Source: an uncultured Rivularia sp.
GTDB taxonomy: Bacteria > Cyanobacteriota > Cyanobacteriia > Cyanobacteriales > Nostocaceae
DNA: 64,000 nt
Reading direction: 5' to 3'
NCBI GenBank assembly: GCA_963665115.1
Contig: OY762007.1
Location: forward strand, 8,608,001 to 8,672,000
The position numbers and the translations under genes were made by a program. The stretch's first letter is position 1. Each line of letters opens with the position of its first letter. The notes beneath the pieces were generated by a model. The model worked only from the letters and a program-made list of their open reading frames with translations, had not been told where the DNA came from and made no database searches. Of the stretch, positions 9,580 through 19,742 are shown one piece after another.

Positions 9580-12188
9580 CTAAACCCCAATACTCTGCAA
9601 CTTAATTTCTGCCGCTGCATCTCGCATAATTCCGCTCAATAATGTATAAGCTGTCACCCATCCACTCCGTATTTCTGGGGTGAATTCGTCACCTAATCCT
9701 TGTTGCAATGTCCAAAGTAGAGCTTCACCGACAACTGCGTAATGTTCATCTTTTACACCGTAACCTGCGTGGTCGCGACCAAGCTTTTGGGCGGCTCCGA
9801 TAATGTTTTCTGGGTGACGCAATCCTTCAACTACAACCCCCAAGGTTGCCATCAGCTTGCGTTGCTGTTGTTCCATATCTCCTGTAAATAAAGGACGTAA
9901 GGAAGGATCTAGTTCAAACAATCGCTTGTAAAATAATTCTCCTGCTTTATCGGCAATGGGAGCAACTTTGGCGAAGGAAGATTGCACTAAGTCTACTTCG
10001 GTGACGCTCATCTTATTCGATGTCACCAAGGTCCAAGTTTTGACTGAGCCTACGTTCTCAATTTCGGCAACAGGATTTGGCGCGAAGGTGTAAGCATCTG
10101 CGACACGTTGAAATGCGGCTTCGGTGATTACTACATGATTGGGCTGCGCTCTGGCGTAGATACGAGTTGCTAAATATACATCTTCCCCCCAAATATTAAA
10201 TGCGAATTTCTTTTTCCCGCCCACTACCCCGGCATTTACGGAGCCAGAATGTATACCGATGCGTAAAGCTAAGGTGGAATTGTGTAAGTTTTCTAGTCGA
10301 GTCAAACTCTGTACTATTGCGATCGCAAAATCGGTGGCTCGTTTGGTATGGTCGAGTCTGGGTTGTGTGAGTCCGCAAAAAGCCATGTAATCGGTACTGC
10401 CGCTACTCTGTCTTTCCATTCCGTAACGAATGGCGGCTTTGTCAAATTCCCCGACTAGTTTGGTCAGCAGTTCGGTAACTTCTTGGGGTGTTTTTTGTCT
10501 GCTGAGGTCGGCAATACCACCGACTTGAGCATAAACAATTGTGACTTGTTTAACTTTGTCTGCAATTAATGTCTCCCCTGCTTTCATGCGTTTGGCAATG
10601 GAACTGGGTAGGAGATTATTTAGTAGATTATCGTTTTCACTGTCTTTGGCTGCTAATTCTTTATTTGTTTGGTTCACCTTTTGGTTAATATTGTTGAGAA
10701 TTGCGGTCATTTCTCCAAATTCGTCTGTGGAAGTAACTGCAAATTCCCCATCAGCTTCCCCCGCAGCAACTTTTTGAGCGTCAGCTTTTAAGCGCTCAAA
10801 AGGTTTAATGAAGATATTCGCAGCGATTTCCGCACCTAAAGCCGTAAGTAACAGAAACACTACCCCAGCAATCAACAATTTTATTTGCAATGCGTACAGA
10901 GGCTGATATGCTTCCCCTAAATCCATTTGAGCCAAGATTCCCCAATCGAGTCCCTGCAATTCCAAGGGAGCATAGGCAGTTAAGGTATTAACTCCTCGAT
11001 AATCTTCCACTACTTCGATGCCTGTTTCTCCACCCAAAGCTAATTGAGCAGCTTGATTCTCTACTTTTTGCAGTCCAATTGTAGTATTGAGCTTCTCAAT
11101 TAATTCAATATCTCTTTTAGGAGTACCATTCCTGCGAACTGAAGCTTTATATTGTTTTGGTTTTTCTTGCAGGAAGCGAGACATCGAACGCATGGAGAAA
11201 TCTTCACCAATTAAATAAGCTTCTCCAGTCTTACCCAAACCAGCGGCTTCCCAATCGTTATCTTGAGACATTACCTGATTAATCTTGTCAACTGGTACTT
11301 GCACCGCGACAATACCAATTAAATTGAAACCGCTGAAAATTGGAGCCGCAACAAAAGCAGCAGGTGCTTCATAGGAAGGGGACGATAGGGTTTAAAATCA
11401 ACAACTTGAATGCTACCAGCTTGCGGATTAGCGATTACTTCTCGTACAACATCAGCCAAACCACTCCCCGAATAACGTCCAGTTAGCAGATTCGTTGCAT
11501 AATCTGTTTCCTTATAAACCGAGTAGACCATATCCCCGGTTCTGTGGTTGATTAAAAATAAATCGTAATATCCAAAGTTATCAATCAGCTTTCTAAAATA
11601 AGCTTGATGTGTTTTATGGATTTGATTGTAATAAGTGCCATCACCCGCATCAAGTAGTTTATCTTTCTCACCGACTTTATTGGGATTCTTCGCTAAGTAA
11701 TTATATTGAAGATAGCGCCCAGCTTGTCCGGAGGGACGATAGGTGATGTACTTTAGTTCGTTGTCTCCTAAGAGATTTTTACGTAATCTGGGAAAAAATT
11801 CTTTTGTATAATAAGCTTCCAGCACGGGTTCTATTTCCGCTTCGGGAAACTTACGTTCCAACTGTCGAAAGCCTCTGTTAAAACCCACCATCGCTTCAAC
11901 GACTCTGCCATCCTCCGCTAGAGTCCCCACTTGGTTGTAGAGATTCTTGAAAAAGAACTCGAACTGATCCGCCTTAGCCGTGCGAACACCAATAAGTTGG
12001 TCGGCAATTTTTTCTTCTAGGGTAGTTTTTGCTTGCAGCCAGCTAGTAGTACCAATTACTAACAACGAGCCAAGGCTGGTAAGTAACAGCATTCCCTGAA
12101 GCTTGGATTTTAGCGTCAGTTTGTTTAACGCCGTTTTATGAATGCGGGTATTCCTGATTTTTGTTAAGTATTTTTTTACGTTATTCAT
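9580..12188 (-). CDS. Membrane sensor: TM-Cache-like-TM-HAMP, degenerate class III cyclase domain, C-terminal globin; split by a frameshift at ~11378
   Basis: Joining the two ORFs at the C run gives ...PYRPSYEAPAAFVAAPIFSGFNLIGIVAVQVPVD. HAMP 'DEFGEM'; cyclase 'LRIGIHSGSVNAGVVG...WG'; globin 'FYKRLFELDPSLRPLF...LGRDHAGYGV...HYAVVGEALLWTL'. Confidence 0.85.
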
Positions 12189-12613
12189 ATATTTCTATAT
12201 ATAGTGATGCTGTTTATAGCAGTTTTGGAAAAGGACGCATCTAACTATGAATAACGAATCTGCGTTCCCTTAACATTGTTTGAGAAAGCTTTTTCCGTTA
12301 CTCTCATTTAATTATTTAACTACTCGAACAACATTACTACTAATAATTATGTAGGTAGAGTAATATATTTTTCCAAGCTAGTCAATTAAATACATACAGA
12401 TTTTAACTTCTATAATTTACTTTTTTTTTTACATAAGTACTAATTGCTTTAATTATTTTCCGCGTGGGTTAACAATACAGTTGATTTACAGATAACGGCT
12501 AAGATATCCTTGCCATCTGAAACACTTGTGAATTTACTATACACATTTATATAGCATAAGTGTCAGTTTTTGTAGATAAAAGTAAATCATATTTTTCTTC
12601 CGATTATTATTTA

Positions 12614-12640
12614 CATACTTTTCATACTTTTCGTACTTTT
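12614..12640 (-). promoter_or_regulatory. Putative operator: three 9-bp direct repeats
   Basis: The + strand reads catactttt-catactttt-cgtactttt, upstream of the cyclase-globin gene. The same motif occurs in other intergenic regions. Confidence 0.55.
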
Positions 12641-12866
12641 ATTGTTTTATGACTTTTCTTATTAAACTAAAAAAAACAATATAAAAAATGTGAAGATAAA
12701 TTAAATAAAAATTTGTAAACAATTATTTCATAGTTGTAGGTTGGGTTAAGCGACAGCGCAACCCAACATCGGGTTATGCTGCGTTGCTCCCGTTTATCTT
12801 TGTGATACCCAAACTATAGGAGTTTTCAATTGAGCGGAGCCGGAGAAGCTCCGCCGTAGGTCTAAA

Positions 12867-12920
12867 CCTCACCCCGTCCTGCGGACACCCCTCTCTTTAT
12901 TAAGGAGAGGGGAAGGGGAG
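12867..12920. repeat. Dispersed hairpin repeat (CCTCACCCC...CCCTCTC...GAGAGGG family)
   Basis: Near-identical copy at ~59857-59910; a copy interrupted by a MITE lies at ~46800-47003. Confidence 0.7.
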
Positions 12921-13050
12921 TAGTTTAATCTACTCAATTGAAGTAGTAGGTTGGGTCAACGTAATTACGGTAAGCAGAAAAATTTATTATTGATATAAAG
13001 CAGAAAACAAAATCATTCAGCTAATTAATTTTTATTAAAAACGCCAACAT

Positions 13051-14469
13051 TCATACCTTTCTAATTCTCATAAATGTTTCATGGAATAACAACGCTATCA
13101 AAAAGGCTGGCAAGGCTTCATTAATTAATTGATGATATCCGAAAAAACGCCATGCGATAGCGATAAATAATCCTATTAATATCGTACTAGTTAATGCCAA
13201 ATAATTAGTACGTATTTTCAAGATTGTAATAAACATTGCCGGACCAATTGAACCAGCTAAACCCGCAGTAGCAAAAATTATTAAGGAAAAAACATTAGTG
13301 GAAATTAAAGTGGTAGCACTAACAGCAAGAATACCAAACAATAAAGTCATAAATTGCTGGTATTTTACTCCATACTTTGCTGACATCTTATGATATAAAG
13401 CAGGAGAAACATCTCTTGCTAAAGCACTCGAACAAACCAGAATTTGAGAATCAGCTGTCGAAGCAATAATAGAAAATACTCCAGCTAAGACGATACCAAC
13501 TAAGAAAGGATGAAAATTCTGTACTGCATATAAAGGTAAAGCTTGTTCTGGATCGTCAATTTCAGGAATTAAGATTCGACAAATTATCCCGAATGAAAGC
13601 ATCGCTATAGAGGTAGAATACACGAAAGACAAGTAAATCCACTTGGCTTGTCTTGCTTCTTGAGGATTGCTTGCTGCCATTAATCTGACTAAAAATTGAG
13701 GCTGACTCAAACTAAACCCCATTCCAGCTACAGCAAACCCTACCACGTAAGCTATTATTCCCCACCAAGTAAATGTTGAAAATATATTAGTTAGTTGAGG
13801 ATCGATACGATTCAGTTTTGTCGCTATTTCTGGGATACTTCCAGCAGCTAAAATTGCTGTAGTCAACACTCCAAAAGCAACAAACATCCCTACAATTGCT
13901 TGTACAGCGTCAGTCCAAACTGATGCTCTCAAGCCCCCCTTTACACAGTAAACAAGAATTAATGCTGCGGCTATGATTGCTCCCAACTTTAAATCAATAC
14001 CAAAAAATGCATTGAGAATCTTGGCTGATGCATAAAATTGTGCCGCAGTATAAGTACCAACAAAAATAACAGAAATTAAAGCGACGATAGAAGTTATTAA
14101 TTTTTTACCTTGAGGGTTTTTGACAGCTGCACCAAGTAATTCGGGAACGGTTTGCGAATCTTGTTCTAAAGAAACCTTGTTTATCCGATCGGGGAAAAGG
14201 CTCCAAAAAGTTAAATCCCCCAAAAAATAGCCTAGAGTTATTAAAAGAGCCGATATTCCTGTAGAGTATCCAAACCCCACCATCCCTGTCATTATAGAAC
14301 CACTATTAGTAGTAGCTCCCGCACTTAACCCAATCAGGTATTTACCAAAGGAACGGTTTGCAAGTAGATAATCTGAATCTGTATCTTGAGTAGATTTAGC
14401 AGCAAGAGCGCCAACCCACAAGAAAATTATCAGAAAAAATCCAAAACTAACAACTGTAATCAGATTCAT
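13051..14469 (-). CDS. Sodium:solute symporter (PutP-like)
   Basis: About 13 TM segments; 'DYLLANRS', 'GGLRASVWTDAVQ', 'SIIASTADSQIL'. Confidence 0.9.
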   Translation of the reverse strand: MNLITVVSFGFFLIIFLWVGALAAKSTQDTDSDYLLANRSFGKYLIGLSAGATTNSGSIMTGMVGFGYSTGISALLITLGYFLGDLTFWSLFPDRINKVSLEQDSQTVPELLGAAVKNPQGKKLITSIVALISVIFVGTYTAAQFYASAKILNAFFGIDLKLGAIIAAALILVYCVKGGLRASVWTDAVQAIVGMFVAFGVLTTAILAAGSIPEIATKLNRIDPQLTNIFSTFTWWGIIAYVVGFAVAGMGFSLSQPQFLVRLMAASNPQEARQAKWIYLSFVYSTSIAMLSFGIICRILIPEIDDPEQALPLYAVQNFHPFLVGIVLAGVFSIIASTADSQILVCSSALARDVSPALYHKMSAKYGVKYQQFMTLLFGILAVSATTLISTNVFSLIIFATAGLAGSIGPAMFITILKIRTNYLALTSTILIGLFIAIAWRFFGYHQLINEALPAFLIALLFHETFMRIRKV

Positions 14470-14472
14470 GCT

Positions 14473-15789
14473 TTAGCTTTTTATTACTTCAATAACCGTA
14501 TCAGATGGTAAATGTTGAATATGCCAGTCGGTAACTTCTTCACCAGGTATCAAAATAGGAGTACCAGGAGGAATTTTCTTGATACAACAACCACTTATTC
14601 TTCCTATTGATTTATTAAGAGGTAATTTTTCTTTTTGGCTAAAAAAAGCATCTTTCGGTAAAATTTTGATTTGAGGATGACGGCAAAAGTTACTGTTGGC
14701 TAAAGTTTCTTTTGGTGCTTTTTCTGCAAGAATCGGCACAACTTCTGCAATGGTTTCTCCGATAAACTGAAAATCCTCTCGTTTGTGATTAAAAGAGAAA
14801 ATTAATAATAATCCTTCTTCGTCAGCGAATTCCCCATCAATCCCTCGCTGGTACAATAGTTCTGCTAACTCTTCTCCTGTAGCACGATTGCTTTTTAAAT
14901 AGATTTTCAGAGGGTCGCTAACTTGGGTATCATAACTTAAAACTTCGCCGTAATTATCAATTTGAGAACGAAGGCGATCGCACTCTTGAATTGCTTGCCA
15001 AAATAAAGCTTTACCTGATTCTGAATATCCTTTATTAATCGCATCTTCAATACTCAGCATTAACAGATTACTGCGGGTTGTGGTTTCAAATAAACTCATC
15101 ACCCCCATAAGTTGTTCAAGGGTAAACCGAGATTCCGAAGGTAAATGTAATAAAGCAGTTTGAACCAAACTTCCCGTATACTTGTGCAAGCTATGAGTTA
15201 CGATATCGGCATTAAAAGTAATTGCGGACTGCCATTGTTCGTCAAGAAATGGAAAATGGCTTCCGTGAGCTTCATCTACTGCTAAAGCTATATCGCGCTG
15301 ACGACAATAATCAGCTATCTTACCAAAATCGATAGTTACCCCTTCATAACTCGGATGAGTTAGCAACAAAGCTGATACACCACTGGTTTCTAAAGCAGAA
15401 ATTACTTCCTCAGTATTAGGCATCAAAGATTTAGAAGCAATAAAACAAGGCTCTAATCCCGCTAAGATAATGCCGTTTATTACAGAAATATGACTATTAA
15501 GAGCGATCGCAACTCGTTTATATTGAGTTCCTAACAAAGCACAAGCCGTCAAAACAGCTTGAGTACCTCCCCCTGTCAGCCAAAAGGTATGTTTTGTACC
15601 GTATAACTGTGAAAAATGTTTTTCTATGCTTTGGGTGCGAGAGCGAGTTAGAAACGGTACATCATATTGATAGATATCTTCCAAATCATGATTGTCAGTA
15701 ACTCCTTGGTGGGCAGGAGTATAAAGACCAACTCTAACATCTTGATTATGGGAGGCGATAAGCTTATAAGCAGAAGATGGTTGATTCAT
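14473..15789 (-). CDS. PLP-dependent Orn/Lys/Arg decarboxylase family protein
   Basis: 'THPSYEG', 'VDEAHGSH', PLP-lysine motif 'HSLHK', 'DPLKI', C-terminal 'PPGTPILIPGE'. Confidence 0.88.
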   Translation of the reverse strand: MNQPSSAYKLIASHNQDVRVGLYTPAHQGVTDNHDLEDIYQYDVPFLTRSRTQSIEKHFSQLYGTKHTFWLTGGGTQAVLTACALLGTQYKRVAIALNSHISVINGIILAGLEPCFIASKSLMPNTEEVISALETSGVSALLLTHPSYEGVTIDFGKIADYCRQRDIALAVDEAHGSHFPFLDEQWQSAITFNADIVTHSLHKYTGSLVQTALLHLPSESRFTLEQLMGVMSLFETTTRSNLLMLSIEDAINKGYSESGKALFWQAIQECDRLRSQIDNYGEVLSYDTQVSDPLKIYLKSNRATGEELAELLYQRGIDGEFADEEGLLLIFSFNHKREDFQFIGETIAEVVPILAEKAPKETLANSNFCRHPQIKILPKDAFFSQKEKLPLNKSIGRISGCCIKKIPPGTPILIPGEEVTDWHIQHLPSDTVIEVIKS

Positions 15790-15792
15790 CGT

Positions 15793-17103
15793 TTACAGAA
15801 AAATTGGCTTCAGTTGAGGCATCGGACGAGTTGTACTTTCTGGGATAATACCATTACGCAAAGCTAGCAGTAATCCTGAAGCTTCCATATAGCTATTGAC
15901 ACGATAAATTTTTCTGCCTTGAGTCTCAATTTGCAATCTTTCGGGGGTAATATCGTAATTAGTAGTATTATCTTTAACCAAAATTACAGGAACACCTTGG
16001 TCTAAGGAAGCAAAGAAAGGAATATTACCTACTGTAGTTTCCGGCATCACCACCGCCGAAATATTCTCTACAGATATCCGAGTTTCTCCTGCTGCAATGG
16101 GAGTATCAAATCTCACCGGACGGGGAGAGTTTATTAAACCATTCAAAGGAGAACATACATAAGCACTAGAAATTAATTCTGCACCATCTCTGGGATCTAC
16201 TAATTTACCAAATCCTGTATGTTCCCATTCTAATAATAAAGGTGCATGGGCAGCAGTAAAGGGATAGAAATTAGTAGTCATGTGAGTCATAATTGCTTCT
16301 GCACCACCCCAAGGATTGGCAATAGACTCCCCTCGGTAGTAGGCTTGACGCACTTTATCCTCTACTTCTAAAGTAGTCATTAAAGCTACTGAAGATGCAG
16401 TTGATTTCTCTACTACATCTAAAGCCTTCATCAATTCATCTATTCCGCTCAATTCCCCAGAAGCATTTCCATAGGGAGAATAGGTGCATTTAGTTTCAAC
16501 GGCTCCACCTGTTACGATTACAGGATCGATATTAATTCCTCCCACAGCCCTTAATCCATTAAGAGCATTGAGAACATTGTTTAAAAATCTCTCGTCTTTG
16601 GGCTTTTCAATAATTGCTGCGATATTCTTTCGCTTTTCTGGAATCACCCCAACATTACCCAGTAGTAACTGACAGATTAAATTACCTTCTAGATAAAGAA
16701 CATTATCCTGAGCAAAATAAATATCCGATGCTGTTACTGCATTAGGATTGGTAACAAGATAGTCACAAGCGGAAGCCAAAAGATTTGTACTCGGAGTGGC
16801 ATCTCCAGCGAAACCGCCGATTTCTGCTCTGACTCCGGTAGGAATAATACTGACTGCAACAAAAGGTTTTGTAGAATTACGATTACGAATGTTGATATCT
16901 AATAAAGATGACCAAACTGGTGGTTTATCGGTGTCAATAAAACTGCATTCAAAGGTCAGTGTATCTCCTTGAGCAGCAGTTAAAATCAACCGAATGGGAA
17001 CTCCTGGAAGCGGTAAAGAGGCAATTCGGCGAGAAATTTTGTACCAGCTACGCTCCTGGGGTGGACATTCGATTTCAAAGTCTTTGGTGTAAATTTGTGA
17101 CAT
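15793..17103 (-). CDS. DUF3326 family protein with an N-terminal extension
   Basis: 'IIPTGVRAEIGGFAGDATP', 'VTNPNAV', 'LYLEGN', 'WGGAEA', 'AAHAP', 'VDPRDGAE', 'SYMEASG'. Confidence 0.8.
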   Translation of the reverse strand: MSQIYTKDFEIECPPQERSWYKISRRIASLPLPGVPIRLILTAAQGDTLTFECSFIDTDKPPVWSSLLDINIRNRNSTKPFVAVSIIPTGVRAEIGGFAGDATPSTNLLASACDYLVTNPNAVTASDIYFAQDNVLYLEGNLICQLLLGNVGVIPEKRKNIAAIIEKPKDERFLNNVLNALNGLRAVGGINIDPVIVTGGAVETKCTYSPYGNASGELSGIDELMKALDVVEKSTASSVALMTTLEVEDKVRQAYYRGESIANPWGGAEAIMTHMTTNFYPFTAAHAPLLLEWEHTGFGKLVDPRDGAELISSAYVCSPLNGLINSPRPVRFDTPIAAGETRISVENISAVVMPETTVGNIPFFASLDQGVPVILVKDNTTNYDITPERLQIETQGRKIYRVNSYMEASGLLLALRNGIIPESTTRPMPQLKPIFL

Positions 17104-17177
17104 TAATAGCCTTTGAATTAAAAATTATTAGATTGGTCTTAGTCTATATGATAGGAACGAAAGACCCTACTATGGCA

Positions 17178-18290
17178 TTAGCTATTGTTTATTGCTACGC
17201 CAGTTTCCCGAAGCACCCTATTCAAGCCATAACGGTCTTCACCTCTAAGCAGAACACCCCTCCAATCATCTAAATTAATATCAGCATCATATATTTGTAA
17301 TTTATAGCCTTCATCGCGCATTTTTTCGGTATAAGCACGGGTATCAGGTCTAATTATACGACCAACTACAGCCCATCTTTCATCTTCTGTTACGTTATCT
17401 GTGGAACCATGAATTGCTCTTTCGCAGAAAATTATGCATTCTCCAGCTTTTGCTTCAAGCAAATTCACATTTTTTTGATCAATTTGACAGTCAAGCTCTA
17501 ATTCGTATTGGTTATAAATAATATCTTTGCCATTCGATTTACTATGTTTAACCGGATTAATTTTCTGTCGAGAATTTGAGACTACCTTCAGGCAAGATTT
17601 TTCTTTTGGTGTGTCTTGAAGCGCTATCCAACAAGTTAACTGAAAAAGCTCTTCTACATTGGGAGGTTGTAATATTGACTCTCTCAAATTACTAAACCAA
17701 GTAGTACTTTGATGATAAGGTGAGCCATTGCTAAAAGCAGGAATATGAAAAAAAGCAGAACGCCATAGAAGTAAATCGGCTCCTAATAGTTGAGCGCAAC
17801 GCTCTGTAATAGATGGATGTTTAAATAAATCCATTAAAACGGGATCTTCCAAATGACGGTCTCTCGTATTCAACGTAGCAACATCAGTTTTATCATTTAT
17901 TGTGAAAGAAAGTGTCTTTGAATCTGTATTAGTAACCAAGTTAACTAAATGCTCTCTTACACTTTCCATCTCTTCTGGAGATATTACAGTGAATGGACCG
18001 ATATAACCATTTTCATGAAAAGAGCGAATGTCATTTTCTGTTAATTGATACTCTCCATCAACAACAACTTTTGGTTTATAAGAAACTGGTTCTCGTAACT
18101 TGCACTCATACTCGAAATATACCCTTTGTCCGCCAGACTTAAAAGCTACCCAAAACATCTTATTATTCCAACCCGTTGGTAATTCTGCTTGCAAACTTTT
18201 TGCTAACAAAGGATGAAGAAACTTAAGTTGTACCAGTATGTAACAAAAGATTAGCTTGGGACGGTATAAGAAGTGTGGTTGATAAAACAT
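17178..18290 (-). CDS. PhyH-fold Fe(II)/2OG enzyme, SyrB2/BarB halogenase-like (H-Q-S motif)
   Basis: 'NGYIGPF', 'DRHLED', 'LLWRSAFF', 'YHQS', 'TCWIALQD', 'ERAIHGS'. No Asp/Glu at the facial-triad position. Confidence 0.75.
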   Translation of the reverse strand: MFYQPHFLYRPKLIFCYILVQLKFLHPLLAKSLQAELPTGWNNKMFWVAFKSGGQRVYFEYECKLREPVSYKPKVVVDGEYQLTENDIRSFHENGYIGPFTVISPEEMESVREHLVNLVTNTDSKTLSFTINDKTDVATLNTRDRHLEDPVLMDLFKHPSITERCAQLLGADLLLWRSAFFHIPAFSNGSPYHQSTTWFSNLRESILQPPNVEELFQLTCWIALQDTPKEKSCLKVVSNSRQKINPVKHSKSNGKDIIYNQYELELDCQIDQKNVNLLEAKAGECIIFCERAIHGSTDNVTEDERWAVVGRIIRPDTRAYTEKMRDEGYKLQIYDADINLDDWRGVLLRGEDRYGLNRVLRETGVAINNS

Positions 18291-18320
18291 TTTTCTGGTT
18301 TTTCGATCGTATTTGTTATC

Positions 18321-18413
18321 AGAACTTACGCACTCGCTACAATTAAAAAGGCGTTTGGGATTGCTTCCTTACGTCGCAATGACTATAGTTATATTACCTG
18401 TGCGTAAGTCCTA
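18321..18413. repeat. Dispersed repeat/MITE with ACTTACGCAC...GTGCGTAAGT inverted ends
   Basis: Inverted ends are visible; resembles common Nostocales intergenic repeats. Confidence 0.6.
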
Positions 18414-18458
18414 CTTATAATGGGTTTTGTCGCGATACACTCAATTATGAAATAGCCT

Positions 18459-19737
18459 TTAGTAAGGTAAATTCTCAAAACTAAGTAGCTCGCGGTTGGG
18501 AGCAATATTAATTAACTGCGTAAACCTTTCTGGAACAGAAAAATACTGTCCTTTTTCACCTTTGGGTAAGAATTTCCTCACAAACGCTTTTGCTCGTTTA
18601 AGATACTCCTCATCATTTTCGGTTGATTCAATCTCTGACTCAATGGTGGTAACTAAGTGATACATGGAAGCAACGCAAGATTCTAAATCTAGTTGAAGCG
18701 AACCATCTGAAGAAGTTTTAATCGCACCATCATCTAAAAGCCATTGAAATAACAATAAACCCGAACCCCCATCAAAGTTTTTCGTGATATCTGGCTGAAA
18801 CGTGTACCGCAGCATCCGCTCGAAAAGAACGAATTCAATCATCTCCAGAGCAAAGGGAACGCCTTCTGTATGGTAAGATGCATAAGCAGTAAGGCAATCA
18901 CACTTGAGTTCTTCGAGCAAACCGCTGTACCATTTTAACTTTAGGTGAAGATTTTTATCCAAAGGTCGGGGACCTTGAAAGTGAAAATATTCATGTAAAT
19001 ATCCCCACATTCCAGCAGCATCATAACAATCAGTGGCAGATAACTTAGGTGAAGCCCAGTCTTTTTCTCCGAATACCTGTCGCACTCGTGGCATTGTTTC
19101 AGACAAGTAAATGCGCTGAAACTTATTTAAGAAAAAGATGGCAAAGTCTTGAGCAATAACTTTCTCATCTGTAGCAATGTTTTCGGGGAAGAAAACCAGG
19201 CAATTCCCTGTCATGAAACCTGCCGAAACTGATAAAATACGAGCTGATTGCAGGGACTTTTTGGGATGGGGAAATTTATCCGCAATTTGTTGAAAGATTT
19301 CTGGTTCCACCCGTTGGGCTAAAAAGCATTCCATCAAACGACCTACAGGTGCAGGACCATTTGTCACCAGCACCGGGGCCGATAAAAAATGTCTGCTGAT
19401 TTTCAGCGACTGGTTTGTAAGCAGTTTGGGATTGGTCAAAACTGGGAGGATTTTCTAAACCGCGAGCCAGCCATTTTTCAACATCTGCTTCAAAAGCTTG
19501 CTGGAGTTCGTCGAAACCAAGTTCTGAATAGATGCTACGAACAATTGGTCGCATCTCTTCAAGTAGGGACTTTGCCTTCTCTATATCCTTGATAACGCAA
19601 CCAGTGACATCTTGAAGTTGACGGAATTCGTCAACCTTAGTAACTAAGTTTTTGTCAATAAAATCAATAAAATTAGATGAAACTTCTTCAGAGTAGTGCT
19701 GTGCTAATAACATATATTCAAATTCCTGTAAATCCAA
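18459..19737 (-). CDS. DUF6421-family HExxH metalloprotein; split by a frameshift at ~19376
   Basis: 'VFFPENI', 'YLHEYFH', 'GLLEELKCD', 'FERMLRY', 'NFDGGSGLLLF'. Removing one C joins the ORFs as FFIGPVLVTNGP. Confidence 0.7.
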
Positions 19738-19742
19738 ATTCT

